Origin: Tubulanus polymorphus
Lineage: Eukaryota; Animalia; Nemertea
Reading direction: 5' to 3'
Assembly (NCBI RefSeq): GCF_964204645.1
Contig: NC_134035.1
Coordinates: forward strand, 9,022,451 to 9,086,450
Length of the DNA: 64,000 nucleotides
This document shows positions 13,301 to 24,843 of the stretch, piece by piece (position 1 is the stretch's first letter; every line of letters starts with the position of its first letter). Both the position numbers and the translations under genes were made by a program. Under the pieces are notes generated by a model that was given only the letters and a program-made list of their open reading frames with translations, made no database searches and was not told where the DNA came from.

Positions 13301-15989
13301 CGACCGCGTGTCGTTTCGACTGACCGGCCGCGGGTCCGGCGTCCGTACGGATTTCCTCGCGTCGCCCGGGTCGTCGTCGTTTATCGTCGTGCGTACGTAC
13401 TTAAGAAACTCTTGTAGTTTTCGATCGCGCGCCGAATCCGTCAAATCGGTTTGCAGCAGTTGCTGCAGGAACTCCTGCGATTTTGGATCGTTGAGCAGCG
13501 CGTCGTCGGGTCTACCGCGATCCCCGGAACCCCGATAAACATCACCCGATTCAACAAACTCTAACGACCGACGTTCTCCTCCTCGCGATTTATAATCCAT
13601 AAAATGAAAAGAATTATTCGATTTCGATTTCGTCACATCTCGGTGATTAGAACGCGTGATTTCATCGTCGAACTCCGCAGCCATCTGTCGAGGAGGTTTA
13701 TAACCTGAAATTCTCGGAACCGACTGCGACTTCACGGGAAATTTCTCGCCATCTTTTTTCGACGTTGTTTCATTTTGTTTCAGACTGAATTCGCCGCCGA
13801 ATTCGTGAATGGATTTCGATAGTTTGCCGACGTTCGACTCTTTTTCAACCGACCATTCGGGTATCGGTTCAAAGTTCTCCGATAGTGAATTCATGTTGAG
13901 TCCTTTCAGCGAAGTGAAATACCGATCTAAAGACGACATGGATGTTTTATCGGATTTCTCGAACTGATGCCTGAAAATAAATACAGAATATTAACTTATA
14001 TCACCATCGATTAGACACTAAACGATAGGACTTGTCACAGTTTTATCACAACAAGGTAAAATACAGTTACGGATCATGATCTGGACGCATTAGAAAAACT
14101 TTCTTAATCTTTAACATAGCTTATGCATAAATTCTAAGCTCCATGGGCATATGTTGTAGAAATAGAGATCAAAATATTTGAACGGACACTTTTCTTAAAT
14201 TTTTCATCCATTTTCTAAACTAGAAATCAATTTTTCACATCATTCTGATACCGCTGATACCTGCTGTAAATAAATTCAACTTACATTTCGTGATGTCTAC
14301 GAACTTCTTCCATATGATAATGACGACCTTGGTCTAACGTGGCAGACGCCTGCTGCTGCTGCTCAGCTTGGCGATAAATTTCATCGGTTGAAAATGCGTT
14401 GCGTTTCTGCGGCTGGTAACTCGACATCGGCGGTGGCTTATTTTGACGACTGTCCGATTTCGTAACTATCTCACTCGGTCGTTCGATTTTAGCGGAAACT
14501 TTCGGCTCAGAAATACTTTTCTTCGCCGACACGTTTTTCTCGACGGATTTCCGTGTTTCGCTCGCATCGTTAATCGTTCGTTCTCCCTGCGATGGTTTCG
14601 CGCGGCTATCGATCGCGACCTTCCGCGCGTACCGATTCCGTTCAGGTATTAAATTCGAATTCGTCGTCATGGTCACCGTAGAAATGCCGTCCGAGTACAG
14701 CGTCTCGGTCGCGCGGTCGTCGACCGTCGATTCCGGTCGATGAGTCGACAATCCTAAATCGTCGCAATCGGTAATTTCGCTGCCGAATTTCGTAAACGAC
14801 TCGACCGATTCGCGCGCGTCGAAATTCAAATATTTCTTCGTTCGCTCGAACGGATCGTATCGGAAAAACTCGTCGACGTTTCTCGACGAATTCTCCGCCG
14901 AGCGTCGCGACCCGAGATTTTTAGCGGAAGAAACGTCGCGATTTTTCTCGACATCGAATTTGCGCCGCGAATCGGTCGTATTTTCGTGACGTTTAACCAG
15001 CGGCGATGGTTTTTCGTGAATATCGTCGACTTTCCCGCGATACAGCACGACGTCGTCACGACGCGGACGATCCGTTATCAACTCCGAAGATGACAGTTCA
15101 TCGTCGCCTTCTTCGGAACTAGAGTTATCATCGTTTTCCACCGATAGGCGTCGCCTCGAAAACGATTGAAATAGTTTCTCTAAATCGCTGTTTTCCGGTT
15201 CGTTTTTCTCAGCGCGAGAAAATTCTCTCACATTTCTATCCTCATTCACAGCAGATTTTGTAACCCTCACATTTCTATCCTCATTCACATCAGGCTTTGT
15301 AACCCTCACATTTCTATCCATATTCACATTCGGCTTTGTAACCCTCACATTTCTATCCTCATTCAAGGCGGGTTTCGTTACTTTTGGCTCGGATTCCTCC
15401 GATTTGACTTCTTTTCTCGACGATGATTTTTGTCCGACCGCATTTCCGCAAACTTCCAAATTTCTGCCGACGTTTTCATCTTTCGATTTCGTCGATCCAT
15501 TCTTCTTAGTAGTTTGTGATTTCGGCGTACGAGGCGTGCGCGGTTTTGACTGGTTCGTAGGATTAACTTGAGGACTGAAATCAGATGAAAATACCAGGTT
15601 TTCATGTCTGTCAGTTAATAAAACTAGGGGCTGGTTGCGCTCTTAAGTTGGTTAAAGATAACCGGACGATCAATTCCAACAATGAACTTTCAATTGTCAC
15701 TATCTACTGGATCTGTGGTTTTATTTCACAATTGGATATTTCCACAAACCACAAAGCTTTCCACCAACGATTAGGTAGGCCTAACAAAAACTAATTTTCA
15801 TAATCTAAGAAGTGAAAATCTTGTGAGAACCGATAATAGTATTTTTAAAAAAATCTACCTTTTCTTATTAGTTGTTGATAATGCGTTTTGTATTTTTGGT
15901 TCGAAGTACGCCAACCTCTTCTGACGAATGTCTTTGATCTGTCGAGTACGAGGCGTGTCGTCTGGTAATATCTGCGTAGCTCGGTCCAT
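4388..15989 (-). CDS. Large F-box/LRR-repeat protein (~1,956-1,970 aa) with long low-complexity N-terminus and a CxxC-x10-CxxC zinc ribbon
   Basis: Exons (minus strand): 15989-15859, 15574-14285, 13970-11061, 10977-10885, 10517-10325, 10234-10175, 9409-9256 (F-box LLCLPEEVLLHILSYL...), 8727-8412, 7885-7693, 7605-7528, 7208-7081, 6417-6193 (cysteine-containing LRRs), then last exon 5487-5388 or 4529-4388. Splice phases are consistent throughout. A probable non-coding first exon has its donor near 16995. Confidence 0.8.
4590..4848. mobile_element. Abundant MITE family with CAGGGTGGCCAC...GTGGCCACCCTG termini and internal TTCCCTGA repeats (hAT-like ends)
   Basis: Terminal inverted repeats visible here. 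Related copies at about 7252-7480, 7905-8137, 10566-10791, 26428-26722, 38098-38510, 39105-39360, 51848-52030, 52938-53144 and 57638-57890. No clean TSD was confirmed. Confidence 0.6.
5706..5829. mobile_element. Harbinger/PIF-like MITE (GGGCC termini, CTG target duplication)
   Basis: ctg|GGGCCAGTTGCTCAAAAGT...ACTTTTGAGCATGTGGCCC|ctg. Related copies near 15627, 18176, 31168 and 42675-42848. Confidence 0.6.
6665..6906. mobile_element. Palindromic Penelope-like-element-derived insert with 13-bp target-site duplication
   Basis: Perfect inverted arms of ~92 bp (6700-6791 vs 6815-6906) plus a ~35-bp unpaired 5' tail. Flanked by the direct repeat AACTCTATTGCCA at 6652-6664 and 6907-6919. Related copies at ~17755-17895 and ~61760-62025. 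Confidence 0.7.
6801..6847 (+). ncRNA. Minimal type I hammerhead ribozyme motif
   Basis: ttattc CTGAAGA t GACTAT-taggat-ATAGTC GAAACGT T gaaataa: core CUGANGA, stem II, GAAA, palindromic ACGU stem III, imperfect stem I. Confidence 0.65.
12571..12650 (-). repeat. Coding 15-bp tandem repeat (ASAVA/SAVAA x5) in F-box gene
   Basis: Repeated GCAGACGCGGCTACA/G units, translated as ASAVAASAVAASAVTASAVAASAVAASA. Confidence 0.85.
15226..15366 (-). repeat. Coding 39-bp tandem repeat (VRVTKPxVNEDRN, ~4 copies) in F-box gene
   Basis: Repeated ...GTAACCCTCACATTTCTATCCTCATTCACA... units, visible in the 392-aa ORF translation. Confidence 0.85.
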
Positions 15990-16995
15990 TTTCGTTAGTA
16001 CAGGTCATCTGTTAAACAATAGATACATATCACAAGTCAATTAACAGGGGCCAGTTGCACAGTCATGGATTAAGTCCAAAAGTGGTCTTAAGTTGTTAGA
16101 TAGGCCATAGAACTAAGTTAGTCTTACGCCCCCACTTATGACGCAACGCGAAGGATCGCGTCGCGTCGCAAAGTCGACCTACGCCCGGCTTAAGTTGGTC
16201 TTAGACTGGTCTTAAGTCTTAGCCGTGACTGTGCAACCTTCCGCCAAATTACAAATTCCCCGAGTTTTCCCTGCTTTTTCCATTTGATTATGCAAAATTT
16301 CTAGGTTTAAAATGTTTACTTCTCATGAATCATGTATGAAGAAAAAAATGCGTGATCATTCGATAACACATCCAAATTCTCTAATTCCCTGAATACCACA
16401 CAATGTATGGGTTCCCCTGCAAGGTCGCAATGGTTAGGTACTAGACTATCGAATTCCCAGAGTCTTCTCTGATTTTCTGATTCTGTCATCGCTTCAGTGG
16501 TCACCCTGATAAAGCCAGGCATAGAGTCTGGGGTATACTGTATCTAGTCCTCGTTCCCTAAACAACAAAGTTGTAGGGAACCCGTAAAACAACTGGTATT
16601 TTCAGACTACTAGTGTCAAGGACGATGGCGTTGTGAAAACCTATCGAGCAACACACCCGTGCGACTGCCAGCAGCAATGCCAGGTTCTTATTGCAATGAG
16701 TCTCTTAGTCGCAACCTACTCACTGCATTGCAACTGTCACTGAGAATGCTGTCACAATTAGTGTCTGTCACTGTCAGTGACACTGACAGTGTCGTCAGAG
16801 ACTTTGCCGACGATTGTGTCATCACATTTGACACCATCTTTGCGAAAAGATACAAACAAATCATTTCGAGGATAAAATAACTGCAGTTGGAGTAAAATTT
16901 AGCTGCCCCCTGGATACACAACATAATAAACACAGACTACAAAATCGTGAAATAAAGAGAGAATTTCTTCGAATCTGACGAAATTTCAAACTCAC

Positions 16996-17336
16996 CAAAA
17001 CCAGAAACTATTCTCCCGGTTAGGAACGATTCGACTCGGGGTATTCTAACATTTCATTACTCAAACAACGTGACGCTTGAAACGTAAAATGCTTCATTAC
17101 TCGGCAAACTTCAAAACATTCCATACAACAATCATGGTCGAGTGCAAAACCCGGATTCGGACTGTAAAATGGACTCGATGAAATTCAATTCAAATTTATT
17201 TCAATGCAAATCCAATATTTTGTTGATAGTACGTTTTGTAAGTTGGCGAGTATTTACACGATTGCAAGACACAGACACAGACATTTGATGATTAACTGAA
17301 TAATAAGTTACTGGTAACGTGGCTATAGCAGTTGAC
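16996..17336. promoter_or_regulatory. Probable bidirectional promoter region (F-box/LRR gene and METTL15 head-to-head)
   Basis: A minus-strand splice donor (ctcac at 16991-16995) and the METTL15 ATG at 17337 lie ~340 bp apart. X-box-like palindrome GTTACTGGTAAC at 17307-17318. Confidence 0.5.
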
Positions 17337-20073
17337 ATGTCCTTTAAGCGTTTCCATCTCAGTGATCTAAAATACACATTTCATCAGTTAAAATGTTTAT
17401 CGAGAAACCTCAACAATCATCATTATTCATCATACCAGTTAGAATTAGCTCGATTACACAGTCATAGGAGATGTTTACACACGAGTAGTTTTAGGACTTT
17501 AGCTGTTGATTTTGATGTGAATGAAACGCAACCCGCTGCAGCTGCAGGGCCACCGCCGCCGGTCAGCTGCAGCGCACCAGCAGCGGCACAATCCGATCAC
17601 CTTCACGTTCCGGTTATGGCTGAACAAAGTATTAAACTTCTCGATCCGTCAGATAACAAGGTGTGTTAAAATTTCATAATGTTAAGTCCGACATGTTTCC
17701 TTGAGACCTTTAGGCCCTAAGTGGTCAATTCATCATTTCAACTAGGCCTATAGGCCTATCCTAAATATTCATCTTCAGGAATGATGAATAAACTACTTAA
17801 GATGACTATTAGAATATAATCAAAACGTCGAATAAAACAGCTAAGGGAAACCTTTTCGGCCTTACTATTATTTTTTTGGTTATTATGTGGGATTCTAAAA
17901 TCGAGTTTTATCAGTGGTTGAAAATTCACGCTTCTTCAAATAATCATTCGTCAATATTTATTGATCCTCTGTGTTTGGGACTGATGATTCTATTAATTGT
18001 ATTTCAGTGTTTTATCGATATGACATTCGGTGCTGGTGGACACACGAAGAGAATACTCGCCCACGCCCCGAAAGCTAAGATATTCGCGTTAGATCGAGAT
18101 CCGACAGCTGACGGTTTAGCGAAAAAATTACAACAACAATACAGGTAGGTAGAGTTCGCAAAGCGAGACCCTCTGCGGTCAGTTGCTCAAAAGTTGGTTA
18201 ACAATAACCATCCGATAAATACTGGGGTATCATAGCAACTTGTAATAGTCACTGTCGACTATCAACTGGTTAACTCTAACCGAATTTAAGCAACTGACTC
18301 AGCTGAGGATTCTAGACTCATTTTCTCCTGGAGGGAAAATCTGGAAATTCTGACTCCTTTCTTGATGTTTATGGAAAAATCTGGAAATTCAAAAAAATTT
18401 GAAGTTTTGGTATCTTGCTGTTCTTGCTGGTGATGAGTGTCACAAGGAACTTCTTTCGAAACAGCCCCCACTGAAGATATCTTATAATCTAATCAGGGAT
18501 TATATTGTCAAGGATCAGGAAAATATCAGAAAAATTTCAGGGAATTAAGAAAATTCCGTATAAAATATCGTAGGCCCTAAACTCTTTATATTTGTTAAAT
18601 ATGTCATTTACTCAATTCAAAACTTTAATAGAAACCAAACTGTTCCATACTCATTTCAACCTTTTTCCCGACGAGCCGTATTTGAACTGTTTTACATGGA
18701 AAACTGCGCTGCTAAACAAATGGCTATATTCATTATTAACATTATTATAATTATTTTTATTATTATTATTAATACCATTATTATTATATTTGTAGTAATG
18801 TTACACCGGTGCACGGTAAATTCACCGATCTGAAAACGCTTCTCGACGCGTACGACGTTCGACGCGAATCCGTCGACGGGATTTTATTCGACATCGGCGC
18901 CAGTTCGATGCAGTTCGATTCGACCGCGCGAGGATTCGCGATCTCGAGGGACGCGCCTCTTGATATGAGGATGGACGGCGTCGCGTCGCCGGAACAGCCG
19001 AGCGCCGGCGACGTCGTTAACTACGCCGGCGAGAACGATCTGTTTCAGATTTTGAAGATGTACGGAGAGGAGAAACACGCTCGAGATATCGCTAGGGCTA
19101 TCGTCGAATCGAGACAAGCCTTCGGTAAAATAGCGTCGACTAAACAGTTAGCGAGTATCGTTGAATTGGTCTATCAAGGGTCAGTTTCATTTTTTCTATT
19201 TTTTTCTAAACGTAAATAAACAAAGGGGCTCGTATTAGAGTTATAGGTGCTTTAAAAATGATAATCTGTTTATCCTGTGTCTATGATATTTATGTATATT
19301 ATAGACACTGGATTAACTGATGATTGTTTTTACAGCACTATCTCTGATACGAGCCCCTGTGCTGGTAAAGGCTGGTTTTCGCGAACGGTTTCCTACTACT
19401 TTTTTCCTGTAGCAGATTCCAGCCAGCAATTGCCTGCTGAGAAATTTGCAATTGGTTTTTTCTGCAGCCATAATTTCTTGCTCGGGGCCAGTTCGTTTGC
19501 AGTTTCTCGTAGAGGCAGAAAAAGCTAGATGGAAACTGCTCATTAAAAGTAGCCTTAACAATTTAATAAGGGGGCTGGTCATAAGGTACGTGTAGTAGGC
19601 AAAACTATCGAGGAAAGTTTAATTTTCGATGAATTTCTTTTTGCAGAAACCACAAATTGGATTCACTCGGTCGACACGCTCACGTCGCGACTAAAACGTT
19701 CCAAGCGTTGCGGATATTCGTCAATAACGAACTGAACGAGTTGAACAACGGTTTGATTTTAGCGCACGACTACCTGCGCCCGGGCGGCGTGTGCGTAGTC
19801 ATCTCGTTTCACTCGCTGGAAGATCGAATCGTCAAGCGACACTTTCACGGAATCGACATGGACAAACGATTCAACGCGGGAATCGGTGATCACTTACAGA
19901 ACTCGGCGTTCACGTTCAGTAACGAGACGATGTCCGGATTGATGAAGCGTAAACGATGGTCTCCGATATCGCGTAAAGTGACGAGCGCCACCGACGACGA
20001 AATCGTAGCGAATCCGCGATCGAGGTCGGCGAAACTACGAGCAGCGGTGAAACTAACGACGATTAATGAATGA
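17337..20073 (+). CDS. METTL15: Mitochondrial 12S rRNA N4-methylcytidine methyltransferase (RsmH/MraW family)
   Basis: Exons 17337-17660, 18008-18144, 18796-19179 and 19647-20073. Motifs: [79 protein letters not shown]. Basic N-terminal presequence. Confidence 0.95.
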
Positions 20074-20732
20074 ATATCAATTAGGAAATTAATAAATTAC
20101 GCAATAAATTAATATCAATCTTCGGTTTTATTCTGCTCTAGTCATCTGTGGTGAAAACTGAATAATAGACTATACATTAAAAACGGTAATAATTCTGAAG
20201 AATTTTTGGTGCAAATAAATGTGTGACATCATCATAAATTTGTACATGATCTTTATAAAAGACCTGCCTTATTGAAGATTAGTTAAACTGACATTTCGAG
20301 TAGAATGGTTCTATCCATATTCAGAGATCTGTTTGAAAATCATTTCAAATATATCTGATAATCATTGCGGGTGTTTTATATGCACTACATAGTCTGCAAC
20401 TGTGCGACCGCTTTGGATCACGCTATATCGCAGAATACAGCATCCAGTTCCACAGTTCTGAGTTGAGAGTTAACTCTGAGTTAAAATTGGTTCATTTTCA
20501 ATGAGTTAACTCTGAGTCAAATGTTGACACAACTGTGGAACTGGATCCAGGATTTGTTGCCTCAGTTGAAGCATCTGCTGCTTTGGACAATGCCGCAATT
20601 ATTCCCTATTTTCTAGATATAGCTAGATTCGCCTCTGATTGTAGGTTTTTTGCAGCACAATAATTTAAAAAATCTGTAACCATTTCACAGGACGAGTTGT
20701 CAGTATTAGTCAGAGTCAGTTTGAGTTCTCTA

Positions 20733-22431
20733 TCATATAGTCTGTGATAGTATCGAAGCGGATGAAGCAATATTTGAACGGAATCGTAACGGAATATCAC
20801 GTTCGTACAGTAACTGTATCTCAGTCTCTCCCAGACTCAACGTTCCGCATCCAAAATTCAAAAGACACTGAAAGGACGAAACGGACTAAATGATAACACA
20901 GTAGAACCTATCATTGAGAGTAACCTACAATATCAATTTAATCAAAACTGTTATTGTTTTTTCTGACGTTTCGGGTGGAACCCGTTTTCAGAGTTTTTCA
21001 AATAAATTCTGAAAGCGGGTGGAAGGATTACTCGCGAAACTTAAGAAAAAAACAAAAAGTAACAGTTGTTTAAATTGATATTGTGGGTTTGTCTCAATGA
21101 TATTCACCAAGACTGGAAATAGTCGTCAACTATTTACGACAGTGGAACCTTCTTACGACGAACTTCAGGGGACTTGAACAATATGTTTGTTATCACCAGT
21201 ATGAAGTTATTGAAATTTTTGGTTTGTAAATGATAAATCGCTATATTCAAGGTTAACAAGGTTAACTTTATGTTACAAGGTTCCACTGTAATATTAGGGG
21301 ATATAGCTAATTTCGAGACTAGGAATGACCAGTTTTCCATGATGGGCGGCACTTATAAGTTAAATGAATTTATGAAGTCTTGAAGAGGATACCGTAGATT
21401 GATTTGTACCTTGTATTTTTGAAGAAAGTCCAAGCCGATAGTTATATCTGGGCCATCGCCTGTAGCGGGAAGACAATAGCACTATACTCCCGAGTTTTAT
21501 ACGATCAGAAATCGTTAAAAATCTAAATAATTACCGATGACTTTCAGATCAATCTTGTAATCTTTATTAGCCAAAGTTAATTCTACATTTCGTGTGAGGT
21601 TTCCTTTACTTGACATGAGCCTAAAAATAGAGGAATTTCATGTGTATTTAGAAAAAAATTTCTAGATAATTATCGCCACATACATACCCAACTTGCTGAG
21701 AGAATTGACTGTTAACAGTTGATATAGGAGATGTTGAATCTAAAAGCGCTTTCCCAATTTCTTTTTGGCACTGAAATCCACAGAGTAAATAAATGAAACT
21801 TTCGTTGCAGGTTTTGCAATCGAAAACTCTTGAGACCACTTAACAAGGTTTATACTGAATTTATGAAATATCTGATTAATTCTTTATTGAATATCTTCAA
21901 GAGCTCAGAAACAAGCCCTTCAGTCGCCACAAACCCGGTTTCTTATACTCATGCGTTATTTACTTTGAATCTGATAAATGGAGGCATTGATGATTGTGAA
22001 TCCGATCGAGTAGTTATCAACGGTTGTTCTGTTTGTAATCGTCGTCTTCTGCCAGTCGTTGATGTCGTATCATGTTCAATATCCTCTGATTTACTCTATA
22101 AAACAGAAAATTCTCTGCACACTATCTCTCTGCACAGATATCCAAAATATCGTAAAACAAGAAGGTATTTACTTCATACTAACTGATTCAATAAGACTTC
22201 ATGTAGTGAAGTTTGTAGCTCTTGTCAAATTATTTCTTAAAAACTTTTCAACAGATATTTTCTAAATCCCGTAAGATAAAATGTATCCCTAGTTATACTG
22301 AACAAAACATTTCAAACCTGATCATCTTTTTTCGCATGCGAATTCAGGTCCAAACTGTCGGTACTCGTTTTAGCCCCTGGGTGGCGTCGGTGTTGTCGCC
22401 GGGCCGCCTGCTCCAAAATATCTTCACTCAT
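20733..22431 (-). CDS. NRIP3: Nuclear receptor-interacting protein 2/3-like protein (DDI1-type retropepsin fold), 199 aa
   Basis: Six GT-AG exons, 600 nt, intact frame: 22431-22318, 22095-21964, 21770-21688, 21620-21535, 21459-21410, 20867-20733. Translation: MSEDILEQAARRQHRR...RRRRLQTE...FIRFK|CQKEIGKALLDSTSPISTV...|...DITIGLDFLQKYK|CLLNFGCGTLSLGETEIQLLYERDIP. This parallels NRIP3 motifs as recalled (DMREAASLRQQRR, CAGKDVKALVDTG, LSLGLQTL, CIINL). Confidence 0.8.
20910..21102. mobile_element. Palindromic insert with degenerate hammerhead-like cores (second family)
   Basis: Inverted ends ATCATTGAGA...ACAATATCAATT / AATTGATATTGTGGG...TCTCAATGAT. The minus strand reads CTGAAAA CGGG-ttcca-CCC GAAACGTC agaaa. 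A related copy is at ~49058-49215. Confidence 0.5.
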
Positions 22432-22683
22432 TTCCGATTATTTATACAGCGAATTCTTAACTAAATGAATACGAATAGCGGTAATCCTTCCGGTCAAATC
22501 CTCCAGAAATTAAATGATGTTCAGAGCTAATTTCAGGAGTCACCTCCGATAAGTCAAGAACTAATGAAAAGTTCAAAGATTACGCAACAGTAATCAAGCA
22601 ATAATTATGAGTTATAGTTTAAATTGAATGCGTCATAAACATCAGTATCAGTATGAGGAATTACTTCCGTCTGCTAGCGTCAT

Positions 22684-22697
22684 GTAGCTATAGCAAC
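22684..22697. promoter_or_regulatory. RFX X-box motif upstream of NRIP3-like gene
   Basis: GTAGCTATAGCAAC fits the X-box consensus GTHNYYATRRNAAC and lies ~250 bp upstream of the ATG at 22431. Confidence 0.5.
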
Positions 22698-24435
22698 AAT
22701 GCAGCCTGTATAATGAGCGTTATTGATCGATCGAGATCCCATTGAAAGCTTACACCGCGCGGCGAAACATCAATTATACACGACATCGATGTATAATTAT
22801 CCCTCTGAATAAACTGGTTCTTCTGGAATATCCTCAAACAACCCGACAAAGATACAACGATCGTGATTTCTAAAAATATGCAATTTCATTCTTCATCATC
22901 ATAGAAAGCGTACAAGAATATAAGTACTATATCACATCATCATTTGGTTAATAATACATCACAATCAAACATTTGGCACATCCTACCACTAATCATGATT
23001 TATCTTCCTTTTTTATCAAAATACTAACAATATTAAAATCTTTCATACAAATAGACCCTGCTTCAATCCGGATCAGTTGATCTAAATTTTGATCCAATTC
23101 AGATATCATTTAAGGCAGGGCCGTAATTAGCGAAGGGGGGCAGTTGCCTTCCAGAAATTTTGGAAAAGTGCCTAACATAGTTTTTGTAAGGGCATATACG
23201 AAGAATCTTTATATCGGTTTTTCAAGTTTCTCTCGCCCCCAAAATTTAAATACTAGCTACCGCTCTGTGAGGTCCACCTTTAATTTGATTCTCTCAACAA
23301 AGACAAGGATTAATTTCATTAGATCTGGATTAAGCATGCAAAACTGGGACCAGTTGAACAGTCAAAACTTGAAACCCAATGTCACATTCTAAGACTACTA
23401 TTATCCGATAGCTGCCCGGCAATCTAACGAATAGAATCCAGGACCCAGTTGCACAGTCATGACTTAAGTCCAAAAGTGGTCTCAAATCTGAAGACTTGTC
23501 TTAAGTTGTTAGATGGGATATAGAACTAAGTTGGTCTTAGACTGGTCTTATTAAGTCAAAGCCGCGACTATGCAATTGGCCCCAAAGCCTTAAGATTTAA
23601 GATTATATTTTTGACTTCAGTCATGATCATGCAACCAGACCCAGTAGTTACTTTAGTTCGCAGACAATCAACACGCATCGTATAAAATCAGATGACTATA
23701 AAATTTCATTGCTATCTACAAATACTGTACTATTTACAAATTAGAAAACAGCCCTTACTTATTCAAATAAGGAATCATCAAGAAATTATGATCAGACGGA
23801 CAAAAACTGATCTCATGTTTTTATTTTGTGGAGAAAATTCCAACACAAATACGACAGGATCAGCTAGGATCTACCCGGTTCCACAGTCCGCAGTTCAGGA
23901 CTCAAAGAGTTAGAATTACAGTAGTTTATTTCCGATGTTTTTATCATTCTGAGAACTGCGGAACCAGCTCTCCCTCAGTAGCGCGAGACACGAAGTTCTG
24001 CCTGATAGACTGATTGCACAGGTACTTGCACACTTTTAGCCATGATGTCATTATTAGCCAATCAGAAATCAAGTACTATTTCAGCCCGAGTTATTCTATC
24101 TATAGCTTGCCGTAAAGTATACAATAAGCAACCTGATTGGCACCGCACATTTTCATGCGACAGAGCAGTGCAAGTGCCCGCACTTTCAGTCTAATCCAGG
24201 CAGGGTTTCGTGTCATGACCGAGTCTAAAGACACCATCATGTTCGAGAACCCCTGTCGAGAGAGAGCGCGTTGAACCAGATGCTGATCTCTGATACTAAT
24301 CTATACATATACCGGTAAACGTATATCTAGAATGTAACCGGTAGACTGATATTATCAATCTCAGTATTTCACAGACTTAATGAACAAAACCAACTGTTGA
24401 TTTTATAATGATTTATTCTGAAAGTTTTGACTAAT

Positions 24436-24830
24436 CAGTTTGTTTCTCTGATGATGAAGTTTAGTCTAAACTTCGTCAGTTTGTTTCTCTGATGATGAAG
24501 TTTAGTCTAAACTTCATCAGTTTGTTTCTCTGATGATGAAGTTTAGACTAAACTTCATCAGTTTGTTTCTCTGATGATGAAGTTTAGTCTAAACTTCGTC
24601 AGTTTGTTTCTCTGATGATGAAGTTTAGTCAAAACTTCGTCAGTTTGTCTCTCTGATGATGAATTTAAGTCTAAACTTCGTCAGTTTGTTTCTCTGATGA
24701 TGAAGTTTAATCTAAACTTCATCAGTTGTTTCTCTGATTATGAAGTTTAATCTAAACTTCATCAGTTTGTTTCTCTGATGATGAAGTTTAGCAGTTTGCT
24801 TCTCTGATGATGAAGTTTAGTCAAAACTTC
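24436..24830 (+). repeat. 41-bp tandem array (~10 units) inside a palindromic element spanning ~24380-24879
   Basis: Unit TCAGTTTGTTTCTCTGATGATGAAGTTTAGTCTAAACTTCR with no spacers. The flanks are inverted (atgaacaaaaccaactgtt... / ...aactgtgagttttgctcat) and match elements at 40785-40950 and 57083-57289. Confidence 0.9.
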
Positions 24831-24843
24831 GAAACCGTCAGAA
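24800..24843 (+). ncRNA. Minimal type I hammerhead ribozyme motif (complete) at end of the 41-bp array
   Basis: ttct CTGATGA t GAAGTTT-agtca-AAACTTC GAAAC c GTC agaa. Stem I ttct/agaa, 7-bp stem II, GUC cleavage triplet at 24837-24839. Confidence 0.75.

Noticed and set aside
10979-13939. 986-aa ORF as a stand-alone single-exon gene or transposon ORF
   Set aside because: It has in-phase splice sites at 13970 and 11061 linking it to flanking exons and the F-box, and it shows no TE domains.
11064-14652. Numerous plus-strand ORFs opposite the large exons (also 24909-25256, 18884-19117, 48293-48544)
   Set aside because: These are antisense shadows of CG-rich coding exons with no recognisable domains.
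21355-21839. Decayed Ty3/Gypsy protease remnant
   Set aside because: The apparent stops and frameshifts resolve into canonical GT-AG introns giving an intact NRIP3-like ORF. There are no RT, integrase or LTR sequences nearby.
24436-24830. CRISPR-like array of palindromic repeats
   Set aside because: Units are contiguous with no unique spacers, there are no cas genes, and the context is a eukaryotic intron-containing genome. It is a tandem amplification inside a dispersed element.
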